Shown here piece by piece: positions 9,557 through 21,499 of a stretch of DNA of 64,000 nucleotides. Origin of the DNA: Octopus vulgaris (lineage: Eukaryota). The translations under genes were made by a program, and so were the position numbers. Each line of letters begins with the position of its first letter. The first letter of the stretch is position 1. The notes below the pieces were generated by a model that was not told the DNA's origin, did not search any database, and saw only the letters and a program-made list of their open reading frames with translations. The stretch is taken from contig OX597817.1 of assembly GCA_951406725.2 (NCBI GenBank), positions 65,038,001 through 65,102,000 of the forward strand. The letters are read 5' to 3'.

Positions 9557-12500
9557 ATGATTAAGTTGGGCTGTATAAATGTGCGTGGAATGGGGTCGAA
9601 ATGGAAACAGGCTTGCTTGCTGGACGACCTCAGGACACACAGAATAGATGTAGCCATTGTCACCGAGTCCAAGATGAGAGGAACCCAAGCGTTCTCGCAT
9701 CTTCTCAATGGTTACGAGAAATTTATTTCTCCTAGCCGAGGAGGAAGTGCAGGCGTGGCAGTCCTTATCAGGAAGAACTTGGACTTACAGGTAAGTACTG
9801 TCTTTATGGACCCAGAAGGTAGGCTGGTTGTCCTCGATGTAACTCACGTGAGTAAGCAGTCCTTCAGGTTGGTAGCTGTTTATGCTCCTAATGAGGGTAG
9901 GCAGACTGGTTTTTATCGGAACTTGGAGCACTTTCTAGTGACGTCTAAAACGGTAGTATTGGTAGGGGATTTCAACACTATCATCGATGCGCGGATAGAT
10001 AGTGTGGGCTCGTCTGATAGAAGGGGGAATCTTTGCCTTAAGGGTCTACTGACGAGCTTTAATCTAGTAGATCGGTTTCGAATGGATGAGCCGAGCATTC
10101 CACAGTGGACGTGGAGTAACAATGACGGCTCACGCAGATCGTATATAGATAGGGTATTTGTTAAAGAACGAGATAGGAATAGCATTAGCTGTCCACAATT
10201 TTGTATTGTGCCTTACACGGATCACAAATTAGTGACGTGTGAGGTACATGTAGATAAATGCCATAGACAGGGACCCGGATACTGGAAAATGAACAAGTCT
10301 ATTTTGGCTTGTGAAGCTTTCCGTAACCGGATTATGGAATTAGTCCAGAGGGCATTATGTGGAACCATCATTAATAATAGATGGTGGATCGCCCTCAAAA
10401 GAGCCATCCGTTTGGAGTCCATTAGATTTAGCAACCAGCTAAGTTTAGATAGGACTAGAATAGAGGGCGATTTAGTTAAGAACTTAGACGAGGCAATGGG
10501 ATCTGGCTGTGCATCTAAAGTGTTAGCAGAGAGAACGATCTTGTACCGTCACCTCAATGCCAAGCATGAAGGATGTAGAGTCAGAGCTAAGCTACGTGCA
10601 GTGAAACGAGAAGGTATTAATGTTGCCGGATGGGCACGTCGTGTGGAGAGTCAGAAGGGCAAAAAGTCCTCTATTAAGTCTTTAACTGACGAACAGGGAC
10701 GCAAAATCTATGGACAGGAGGAGATACAGAATGTCTTTCAACAGCATTTCGCTCGGTTGTTTGGGGAGGGCGATCCACTCGAGCGAGGGGAGGACTTACA
10801 GAACTTCCTAGCTTGTGGGCCTCGGCTCTCGCCAAGCAGAGCGGAACGCTGTGAAGGACCGATTACTCCCGCGGAGGTAAGAGGGGTTTTGGCTGAATGC
10901 GCCCGGGAAAAGTCGCCGGGACTGGATGGTCTGCCCTATGAGTTTTATTGTTGTATGCCGGACTTGTTCGGGGACATACTGGCAAGCGTCTACGCAAACT
11001 GGCAACAGAATGGGAGGATTCCCAGTTCTGTGAGCCGGGGAGTTGTGACGCTGATCCAGAAAGACCCGAGCAAGGGGGATAATATTAGTAATTATAGGCC
11101 CATAACTCTACTTAATGTAGAGTTAAAGATTTTGGCCAAGGTGTTAGCAGAAAGGTTGAAGGTCTTCATGGAAAAACTTGTCGGAAAGGCACAGACATGT
11201 GCAATCCCAGGCAGGTCGATCGAAGATAATCTCCACCTTCTACGCTACACTATAGACAGGGTAGGGCAATTAGCCGGCAAAGGAGGGGCATTGGTCCATT
11301 TAGACCAAAGTAAAGCATTTGATAGGGTAGATCATCAGTACCTGGCGACGGTTCTCGAAGCGGCTGGGCTAGGTCCTGACTTTCGCGGGTGGATATCAGC
11401 TATGTACAGCGGTATCAAGTCCACAGTCCAGATAAACGGTTACTTAACGGAACCGTTTTCGATTAAGCGTTCAGTTCGTCAAGGATGTCCCTTGTCCCCT
11501 CTCCTGTACGTTTTGGCTCTTGAGCCATTGCTGCGGAAGTTGGAGACGGTGAGATGCAATCCTAATGAAATCGGATGCGGTAAGTCTGTTTCTGCGTATG
11601 CGGATGACGTCACCTTCATCGTGTCCAACGAAGCACAACTAACTCGTGTAGAAGGTGCTCTCCGAAGATACGAAGCGGTGGCTGGGGCAAAAGTTAACAA
11701 GGACAAGTCCACTGGTTTGCGCCTCGGCACCTGGAGGAACAAGCCGATATCGTCCAGTGTTGTTGGACACTGGACAGATGGTCCTGTTAAATTGCTTGGA
11801 GTTTGGTTTGGTTCAGACTCCCAGACGGAGAAAAATTGGAGCGAGGTAGTGACCAAGGTAGAAGCCATAGTTCGGGAGTGGTCCGGAAGGCATCTTTCCT
11901 TGAAAGGGAGGGCGGAGGTGGTACAGGTGTTTATAGCATCTGTAATCACCTATCGCCTGACTGTCGTGCCTTGCCCCGATTTGTGGCTAAGCAAGTTGGA
12001 TCGACTCCTTTTCCGCTTTTTGTGGAAGGGAGGAAAGCCACTTGTAAGGCGCTCCGTGTGTTGCCAGGAACCACTAAAGGGTGGGCTGGGGATGCCTTGG
12101 TTAATGATGCGCAGGCATGCGCTGAGACTGAGACATCTCTGGTTTCACCTGGAAGGTGATAAGGTGTGGAGTCCGCTGGCAGATAATTTCTTCCCGCAAC
12201 CGGACTCTATGGAGAGATTTAAACCCGGTTTCATTAAAAGACGGAACCTGACTTTATGGCAGAAAGAGTGCCGACAGGCACTCTGGCTGATCCACAAGAT
12301 AGGCAAAGCCGGCTGCGGGAATACCACCTCGACATTTTATAGAAGGATGGTAGAGGCAAAAAATGACGACGTCCTAAGAGGGGCTCTGGGGTTCGATGAG
12401 GATCAACTATCCGACCTGTTTAAGAAGACTTTCAAGCCGGGGTATTTGGACAATTAACAAAAATCCCTGACTTGGCAGTGCTATAGGAATGCTCTACCTG

Positions 12501-12955
12501 TTCGCGATAAGTTATATAGGCATGGAATGTCAGTGCCACCGACATGTCCAAGATGTGGGTTGGACGATGAAACCGTCCAGCACGCTTTTGTACATTGTCA
12601 GGAGCTGTCAGGCTTAATAAGTTACGTAGAACACGTGTTGTCGCATCTGGAACGAGTACAGCTATCGGCTGGTTCTATAATAAAGATGATACCGCCAGTT
12701 GGACTCTCAAAGGAAGGTGAGGCTTGTTTTCACTGTACGGTGGCAGTACTGAAAGAGTGTGTGTGGAGAACTAGATTGGAAGGTTTGGTGTCAGGAACCT
12801 TTGTCTCTGGATATGGTATGTTAAAATACTTCAGATACCATCTAAAGAGCAAGATGGATTTAGAGAAGAGGAACCTGACACAGAAAAAGTATGTGAATCG
12901 ATGGAAGGATGTGATAAAAAAGGTGGGTGTGAGTAACCCTGCTTGGTCATCATGA
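9557..12955 (+). pseudogene. LINE ORF2: APE endonuclease, reverse transcriptase and C-terminal Cys/His finger; one in-frame stop
   Basis: Motifs NVRG, VYAP, GDFN, IDR, TDH (APE); KSPGLDG, YRPITLLN, KAFDRV, QGCPLSP, YADD (RT); CPRC..ETVQHAFVHC. TAA at 12455-12457 is in frame with ORF 12527-12955. Confidence 0.93.
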
Positions 12956-13192
12956 AGGGAGAAAATAGTCTCTGGGCTCTTAGGCTGTCGGGTAAGAATC
13001 CTGACTGTGATATACCTAGCTGGCCAAAATCATTTTAAATTTTTTTTAAAAAAAGGAGAAAGTAAAGTCTAGTATCATAATCAATAATCAACATATGTAA
13101 ATATCAAACGAACAACGTAAACTTTTTGTAATTATGTTTTGTATTGTAATGTACTATCTCTGTAAGATTTTTATAATCATAATAAAGATTTT

Positions 13193-13486
13193 GGAAGCGA
13201 CACCTACTGGCTGGCTACGCTGCATTGAAAAGGGGCAATACCCCGAAACGCGTCTGTAGCTGCCGGTCAAGTAGTGTGGAGCGACTAACCTCCCTTGTTC
13301 GAAGGTTATATGGATACAGTTTGTGTATCAAATAGCTAACTTAAGGCGATGGCCTCATGGAGCTAATAAGCGGACAGCTTTATTCTTATTTTTATAAGAA
13401 TGCCATATTAGTATGGCGATAACTATTATTTTCCGGGAACGCTGCCGCTGTTCTCTTTTAGAGAGACTTAGTAATTTTAATATTTC

Positions 13487-13492
<6 letters not shown>
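13193..13492 (+). repeat. Remainder of the second 362-bp unit, resuming after the LINE
   Basis: Near-identical to about 7446-7745; ends in (TA)n. Confidence 0.9.
13219..13260 (+). ncRNA. Type I hammerhead ribozyme, third copy, just 3' of the LINE
   Basis: Identical to 7472-7513. Confidence 0.8.
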
Positions 13493-13564
<72 letters not shown>

Positions 13565-13892
13565 ATTTGTGAATATAAACATACATTTTAAAATCACTTT
13601 TCTGCCTTAGACAATGGGCTTAGTCCGAAACAATGAGCCAAATATGCAAATATGCAGTCCATAGCAGTTGACAAACGCGCTATAAATATTAGCCGAAATT
13701 TACATCAAATCGAATCTAACAGTCTTTTCGAAAATGTTTCATTGGATTATGTAGCACAATGCACTAAATAAAATACATCTAATTTTTGATCATAGGTCTG
13801 CTCAATCAACATTGACTGGGGATGGGGTGCTAGATATCATCTTCCTCCTCCTCCTCCTCCTCATCATCATCATCATCATCATCAGCAGCAGC

Positions 13893-13951
<59 letters not shown>

Positions 13952-13959
13952 ACTCTTAC

Positions 13960-14032
13960 ATGTTATTCTCCGATGCAACAAGAGTGTTCTGCTTGTCTTT
14001 CAGCTGGGATGGCACTGCACTGACTCCACTAT
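13960..14032 (-). CDS. Coding exon 2 (end of signal peptide plus pro-region: (N)SGVSAVPSQLKDKQNTLVASENN(M))
   Basis: Long polypyrimidine tract ending tatacAG; 73 nt, phase 1 in and phase 2 out, donor GTAAGA; both phases match the neighbouring exons; VSA|VP fits a signal-peptidase site. Confidence 0.85.
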
Positions 14033-14192
14033 CTGTATAAGAGAGTGAGAAAGAGAGAGAAAAACAATTGGTTTTAGTGGTTGTTTTGATATAAATTGAC
14101 CTGCTTAGATGGGAGTATCCACGTCTTTCAATATTCACACAAAGTACCTTACAAACAGCCATGATATCAGCGGTTCAGTTCAAATAAGTTTA

Positions 14193-15039
14193 AAGAGGTG
14201 TGTTCAAAAAGTTTCCGACTATATTTTCCTCGCCAAAACTAATACCACACGGGCAAAGTCTTTCGGGTGACGCTACCCTTCCTGCGCCTGCTCGAAAATT
14301 TTCGCGCCGGTAGGCTTCATCAGTTCCTATGTTACGCGTAGAGCACAGGTGTGTAGTGTGTGCTCGTTGGGTTTTCGTTTTCATCGACGAGAGATATTGC
14401 AACAAGTTTTGCCAAAAGCTTGGTGATACTCAAGCTCAAACCATTCAAAAAATTCAGCCTTCGGCAATGATGCCATGGGCAAGGCTCTGATCAAGGACTC
14501 ATATAATCGCTTCAAACATGACCGTGCCTCAGTTAAGAGTTATGCAAGCTTAGGCAGGCCATTCGCAAACGGAAACGTGGAGACGTTTGAGAAGGTTCGG
14601 CGAATAGTCATGGAAGATCGCTGTGTTACAATCTAGGAAATTGCTCACGAAATGGGAATAAGCACAGGAACAGTGTTTTCCATTTTAACAGAGGATTTGT
14701 GCATATGGAGTGTCGGCGAAATTCGTCCATAATGTGCTGGTGGAGCAGCACAAGCAACTTCGCATGTAAATCGTTCAGGATATGTTGGACTGTGCAAACC
14801 ACGACCAAACTTCATGAAGAACATCACCACTGTTGATAAGATATGTGTTTATGGTTACGACCTCTGAATGTGAAAATCCGACGGGCGCGCACTACACGTT
14901 TGTACTTTAAGTATAACAGCGCGAAAATTTCCCTGCATGCGCAGGAAGGGTGGCATCATCTCCCACCCAAAGGATTTTACCCACGCAGCATTAGTTTTGG
15001 CGGGAAGAAATAATTCGGATACGATTTGTGCTCACCTCG
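14193..15039 (+). mobile_element. Internally deleted Tc1/mariner transposon
   Basis: TA on both flanks, about 120-bp imperfect TIRs, decayed transposase (KFCQKLG.., EIAHEMGISTGTVFSILTEDL, NITTVDKICVYGYD). Confidence 0.85.
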
Positions 15040-16293
15040 TATCATGAGCCAAAGAAGGAGTTTTTTCGTGATCTTTTGAACAGCTAGAACCAGCAGCGAA
15101 ATAGCTTTCGAATAAAACTCCATTTTCCATTCTTTTATTCTTTTACTTGTTTTAGTCCTTTGACAGCACCCATACTGGGGCACGACATGAAGGGCTCGAG
15201 TAAATAAGCTCACACTCGTGGATTTCGACACGTTTTGTACCTCACCACCCTGTTTCCTTGATAAGCGCTTTACAAACGTTTAACCCAATGAAGATTACTT
15301 TAATAAATAAATAAAAAAAAAATCTTATGCAGTGGTTTATTATTATCCATATTTTTTTGTTATCCAATCCAAAATGTATCGCGCTCTCTCTTTAAAACAA
15401 TTTTATTTTTGACATTTGAGTGAGTTAGTGCATTTCTATGTTAATTTTGAATGAAATTACTCATGAAAGCGAGAACTTATATATAATGGACCTTCGAGCA
15501 TCATCAATCCAGTTTCTGCTTACTGATAAAACAATATCCTATTCATAATTTAATTTGACAAAGATTATATAATATAAGTATACCACGATCCTTGTCCCCT
15601 CTTGTAATTTGTTGTCCCTTCACATTTCCTTCACTTCCTGTTTGTGAGTTTACTACGCTCCCAAGTGGGCGCTATCACAAAGGTTAAGAATCACTGGCAT
15701 AAACAATAATTTGATAAACTACGGCAAAGAGAACTTCACATACGATGTGAAGTCTCCTTATTGTCGCATTCCACGTGTAATGTGGATTGCGACAGTAAGG
15801 AAGATTAGCATCGATCTGTTTAGGATTATAATTCCTGTCTTAAATATACATCTCTTTGTGTCTGGCACATGGTACACAATGCGTTACTTTACGTTATGCA
15901 ACTAGGAAGAAAGAATGGCCTTTTGTGTAGGCGATTCGGTAACAACGCTTCCATTTATAATTATTATCTTTTTTATTTTACTCTTTGTTTCTGTGAGATC
16001 ATATATTGTTCTCCAGGGAAGAGTTCTTTCGCAGCAGCAGCACTTCCCCCCACCATCATCATCACCACCATCATCACCAGCACCATCACCGCACCACTAG
16101 CACCACCAGCACCACTGCCACAGCCGCCGTTGCCGAAACCACCACCACCGCCGCCACCACCACTACCATCACCGCCAATACCACCGTCTCTACCGCCCCG
16201 AAGCCACCCCCACTTTTACTCGTATCAGGCTGCGGCCATGCTGAAGCACCACCTCGATCATAACGACGCGACTAATGACTGGGAATAGAAGCA

Positions 16294-16438
16294 TCATCAT
16301 CATCATCATTGTTCGACGGTGGTCGAGACAATGGAATTTACCATGCTACGCCAGACTTCACGGTCCATCATGGCATTACGGAGGTCCTGTTGCTGGATGC
16401 CTGTATCCCTGGAGATTACTACCCTGATGTAATCTCCA
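16294..16438 (-). mobile_element. 5'-truncated, 5'-inverted RTE-like LINE tail
   Basis: Reads VISRDTGIQQQDLRNAMMDREVWRSMV..; (TGA)n tail; 13-bp TSD GGGAATAGAAGCA at 16281-16293 and 16439-16451. Confidence 0.75.
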
Positions 16439-16634
16439 GGGAATAGAAGCAATATCGATCATGTATATCGGAACAGCATATTATTTGACACCTGTTTTCA
16501 TAATCGATTGAAGGAGAAGAATGAAGGGGTTAAAAAACAAAAATCAGATCCAGAACCATTTAAACTCAGAACGTAAAGGGAAGTCACAGCAAAATATGCT
16601 TTTTAACTTGATGCTCAACCGATTCTGAATCTCT

Positions 16635-16640
16635 ACCACC

Positions 16641-16687
<47 letters not shown>

Positions 16688-16821
16688 CAACAACAGCAAT
16701 AGTAGTAGCAGTGGGAGTTTGGTGGCGGTAGTAGTAAAAATAATAGTAGTAGTAGTGGTGGTAATAACAGTGGTTATTGATGAAGTAGTAGTAGCAGTGG
16801 TAAATAGCAGTAGTTGTTGAT

Positions 16822-16873
<52 letters not shown>

Positions 16874-17269
16874 CAGAGATAATAGCAGTGGTGTTTGATG
16901 TAGTAGCAGCAGCAGCAGCAGAAGTAGTAGCAGTGGTAATAGTAGTGGGTGTTGATGTAGTAGTAATAGTAGCAGTAGTAGCAGCAGCAGCACAAAATGC
17001 AGTGGTAGTAGAAGTGATAGTTGATGCAGTAATAATAGAACTAGTTGCAGCAATAAGTATTAGTATTAGCATCAGTATTAATATTCGTATTAGTAGTAGT
17101 AGTAGTAGCCGTCTTCGTGGTAGTAATAATAGTAATAATAATAGTTGTAGCAGCAGTATTGACAGCAGCCGTTTTATACTAGTTTGTAGTAATAGTAGTA
17201 GTAGTCACAGAGGTAATGGCAGCAGGTTAATATTAGTGGTAATAGTAGTAGTAGTAATGAAGGTAGTGA

Positions 17270-17302
<33 letters not shown>

Positions 17303-17530
17303 CATTACTACTAGTTAGTAGTAGTAGTAGTACTACTACTACTACTAAGTAGTAGTAGTAGTAGTAGTAGTAATGAAGGTTGTGATAATACTAGTAATAC
17401 TAATAGTAGTAATACTAATAGTAGTATTACTAATAGTAGTAGTAAGTGATGAGTAGTAGTAGTAGTAGTAAGCAATGGGATAATACACACCATAGTAGTA
17501 GTAGTACTAGTAGTATTAGCAGTAGCGTTG
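16635..17530. repeat. (TAG/CAG/TAA)n degenerate trinucleotide tract
   Basis: Directly visible. Confidence 0.95.
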
Positions 17531-17934
17531 GAGTTGCTAGTAATAGCCGTAGTGGACACACAAACAGCAACTTACGCAGACAACTGGCATCGTCACGTTT
17601 ATATTTATAGCCATTTTAGCGACACCAGTTCCTTGATATCAGTATTGTTACTTAGTCGTCGTATGTGGAGAAAAAAAATAGTCTTGGCTGGCTGCTGCTG
17701 CTATTTATTTTTTGACACACACGTATGAAGAACGTATAAAATAATAAATATATTATATATAAATATATATATATATTAATTATAATATATTATTTATTAT
17801 ATAGTGTGAATATGAGAATATGATTATGTATATACATATATAATAACATACATACATGCATACATCTATGTATATTACACACACATACATCAATATATAC
17901 ATATATTATACATCAATATATTTATATATATATA

Positions 17935-18674
17935 TGTTAACATCGCTGTTTTCGTCCGCCACTATAAAGGCTTTTTCCATTGCGCCAGAGAAAAAATTTG
18001 TTTGCTTGTTATCAGTCGTAAGACACTGTTGTTTTCACCGTTAATGCTTCTGTATTTCATGTTTCTGTATTCCATTATTGTTTTTTGTTTTTTTATATCT
18101 GTCCCTTTTGCTGTCCTGGTGTTCGTATGCATTCGATCCTTCTTCCAGGAAATCTACGCTTCCAGCTTAGTTTTTCTAATGCTCGTTGCTTGGTTTTTCT
18201 TGGAGGGCTGGCCGTGATCTAGTAATCTCAAGATTAATCAGCCGAAATTACTACGATGATCCGGTTCTTGACTGAAGACTGAGGGTTTCGAATGTCCTGT
18301 CCGTGTTTATTGTGTCGTCTTCTAAGAGTTATACGTTCTTGTCCATGTTGTATTTTTCTACATACCTTAACATATATTCCAGGCGCCCCGTACCCCCCTT
18401 AACATTTATGTGAGCACATATTCTTAATAATTGGTACGACTCTCTGTTTGTCTCTCTCTCTCTCTCATTTTTACTTGATCTGTCCCCCTCTCTCTCTTTT
18501 CTCTCTACTCATCCTCTTTTTCTCTTCTCTTTCCTCTGATTCTTTGGTCTAGTCTTCCACTACCCTCCTATTTCTTTGTCTCGCTCTGCACTCACAGGTC
18601 ATTCTTCGACACCCATCCCTTCTCCTCTCTGATTCCTTCTTTCTCTCTCTTCTCTCTCTTTGTTGCGTTTGTCC

Positions 18675-18708
<34 letters not shown>

Positions 18709-19532
18709 TTTGCTTCTCTTTCTTTTCTTTTCCCTCTTCTCTGTCACGTGACTGTTGGCCGAAATCTGCCTTTCAGCTTCTGACCCTCGTTCTGTTAACA
18801 TCGCTGTTTTCGTCCGCCACTATAAAGGCTTTTTCCATTGCGCCAGAGAAAAAATTTGTTTGCTTGTTATCAGTCGTAAGACACTGTTGTTTTCACCGTT
18901 AATGCTTCTGTATTTCATGTTTCTGTATTCCATTATTGTTTTTTGTTTTTTTATATCTGTCCCTTTTGCTGTCCTGGTGTTCGTATGCATTCGATCCTTC
19001 TTCCAGGAAATCTACGCTTCCAGCTTAGTTTTTCTAATGCTCGTTGCTTGGTTTTTCTTGGAGGGCTGGCCGTGATCTAGTAATCTCAAGATTAATCAGC
19101 CGAAATTACTACGATGATCCGGTTCTTGACTGAAGACTGAGGGTTTCGAATGTCCTGTCCGTGTTTATTGTGTCGTCTTCTAAGAGTTATACGTTCTTGT
19201 CCATGTTGTATTTTTCTACATACCTTAACATATATTCCAGGCGCCCCGTACCCCCCTTAACATTTATGTGAGCACATATTCTTAATAATTGGTACGACTC
19301 TCTGTTTGTCTCTCTCTCTCTCTCATTTTTACTTGATCTGTCCCCCTCTCTCTCTTTTCTCTCTACTCATCCTCTTTTTCTCTTCTCTTTCCTCTGATTC
19401 TTTGGTCTAGTCTTCCACTACCCTCCTATTTCTTTGTCTCGCTCTGCACTCACAGGTCATTCTTCGACACCCATCCCTTCTCCTCTCTGATTCCTTCTTT
19501 CTCTCTCTTCTCTCTCTTTGTTGCGTTTGTCC

Positions 19533-19566
<34 letters not shown>

Positions 19567-20082
19567 TTTGCTTCTCTTTCTTTTCTTTTCCCTCTTCTCT
19601 GTCACGTGACTGTTGGCCGAAATCTGCCTTTCAGCTTCTGACCCTCGTTCTGTTAACATCGCTGTTTTCGTCCGCCACTATAAAGGCTTTTTCCATTGCG
19701 CCAGAGAAAAAATTTGTTTGCTTGTTATCAGTCGTAAGACACTGTTGTTTTCACCGTTAATGCTTCTGTATTTCATGTTTCTGTATTCCATTATTGTTTT
19801 TTGTTTTTTTATATCTGTCCCTTTTGCTGTCCTGGTGTTCGTATGCATTCGATCCTTCTTCCAGGAAATCTACGCTTCCAGCTTAGTTTTTCTAATGCTC
19901 GTTGCTTGGTTTTTCTTGGAGGGCTGGCCGTGATCTAGTAATCTCAAGATTAATCAGCCGAAATTACTACGATGATCCGGTTCTTGACTGAAGACTGAGG
20001 GTTTCGAATGTCCTGTCCGTGTTTATTGTGTCGTCTTCTAAGAGTTATACGTTCTTGTCCATGTTGTATTTTTCTACATACC

Positions 20083-20086
<4 letters not shown>
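17935..20086 (+). repeat. Tandem array of about 2.5 essentially identical 858-bp non-coding units (Penelope-LTR-like or retrozyme-like)
   Basis: GTTAACATCGCTG at 17936, 18794 and 19652; ORF track repeats with period 858; (TA)n on both flanks. Confidence 0.92.
18210..18294 (+). ncRNA. Permuted (pseudoknotted) hammerhead-like motif; further copies at +858 and +1716
   Basis: TAGTAAT(18220-26)/ATTACTA(18247-53) hairpin; 20-nt loop C-TCAAGA-ttaatcagcc-GAA; downstream TCTTGA-CTGAAGA (18266-78). Confidence 0.6.
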
Positions 20087-20119
<33 letters not shown>

Positions 20120-20670
20120 CCCGCACACACACACACACACACGCACACACACACGTATTCTTTTATTCTTTTACTTGTTTCAGTCATCTGACTGCGGCCT
20201 CGATCCCAGGACTTACTCTTTGTGAGCCAAGTACTTTATCGGTCTCTTTTTTTTTGCCGAACCGCTAAGTTACACAGGGACTTGAACATACCAGCATCAG
20301 TTTTCAAGCGACAAACACAGACAGACAGACAAACACAGACACAGACACAGGCAGACAGACAGACAGACACACACACACATATATATTATACGACTGGCTT
20401 CTTTTAATTTCCCTCTACCAAATACACTCACAAGACTTTGGTCGGCGTGAGGATATAGTAGAAAACACTTGCCCAAAAGTGCCATGCAATGGGACTGAAC
20501 CTGTAACCATGTGGCTGGGAAGCAAGCTCCTTGCTACACACATACACACACACACACGCACAGAGGCACATACATAATACGTACATACATACATACATAC
20601 ATACATACATACATACATACATACATACATACCAATAGCTTCCGATCATAAAGCACTTGATCGTAGAATC

Positions 20671-20775
<105 letters not shown>

Positions 20776-21152
20776 CAGGGCGCAGGAATGGTCTTTGTAC
20801 ATGGTGAATATGTTCGCTTTGCAGCCACATTCTTCTGAGTTCGATTTCAATAATACAAAAATTTTGTGTTCGGTGGAAAACGTCAAAAATATTGTGTCTC
20901 GAGTTTTCTTGTAACTTTAAACAGTTCGACAAATAGAGAGGGGCCAACACTAAGAAAGGAAAGATTGAGCATAACGATTAGTGCTGGGCAAAGGGTAAAA
21001 AGAAGAGGAGAAACGAGTGAATCAGGAATGTCTATGTAAATGCGGCATGCATATTATTTACATGTACTATATACAGATCGCCATGTTGATTCGCTAGCTT
21101 CTGCACGCATTTTTTTCTCTCCTTGTTTCTCTCCGTGTTTCTTTTCTGTGTA

Positions 21153-21190
21153 TCTTTCTGTTGAAGAGCGTAGGTTCGAAACGTAAAAGA
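21153..21190 (+). ncRNA. Degenerate minimal hammerhead in a Penelope-LTR-like fragment (about 21080-21290)
   Basis: TCTTT-CTGTTGA-agagcgtaggttc-GAA-ACGT-A-AAAGA; core A6 is altered. Confidence 0.5.
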
Positions 21191-21499
21191 CTTGTTTTAT
21201 TTATATTCCTGAGCGCCATACTAATACAGTTGTTTGTTTGTTGTATTCCACCTGCCTTCGTCTTTTGTTTATTTTCATAAAGCTTCCCGTTTTATACATA
21301 TATGTGGCTGTCAGGCGAAGGAGTGCTGTGTGGTAAGAAACTTGCCTCCCAGCCACATGGTTCCGGGTTCAGTCCTACTGCGTGGCACCTTGGACAAGTG
21401 TCTTCTGCTATAGGGTGGGGTCAACTAAAGCCTTGTGAGTAGATTTGGTTGACGGAAACTGAAAGAAGCCCGTCGTATGTATATATTTATGTATGTTTA

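Larger units (their letters stand above)
7825..13192 (+). mobile_element. Near full-length non-LTR retrotransposon, L1 clade, Tx1-like
   Basis: 17-bp TSD GGAAGCGACACCTACTG at 7808-7824 and 13193-13209; two ORFs; ends AATAAAGATTTT with no poly(A) tail. Confidence 0.93.

Noticed and set aside
14146-14162. ATG GCT GTT T|GTAAGG, phase-compatible with exon 2
   Set aside because: Gives only MAV with no signal peptide and has an upstream in-frame stop; the 27005 exon fits much better.
18200-18300. HDV-like ribozyme reading of the CGAATG segment
   Set aside because: No P3/L3/P1.1 elements found; the covarying helices fit hammerhead core elements instead.
18002-19933. Repeated hydrophobic ORFs in the 858-bp array
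   Set aside because: Products of T-rich repeat sequence, mostly with non-ATG starts.
17935-20086. CRISPR-like array
   Set aside because: Long identical units without unique spacers; eukaryotic context.
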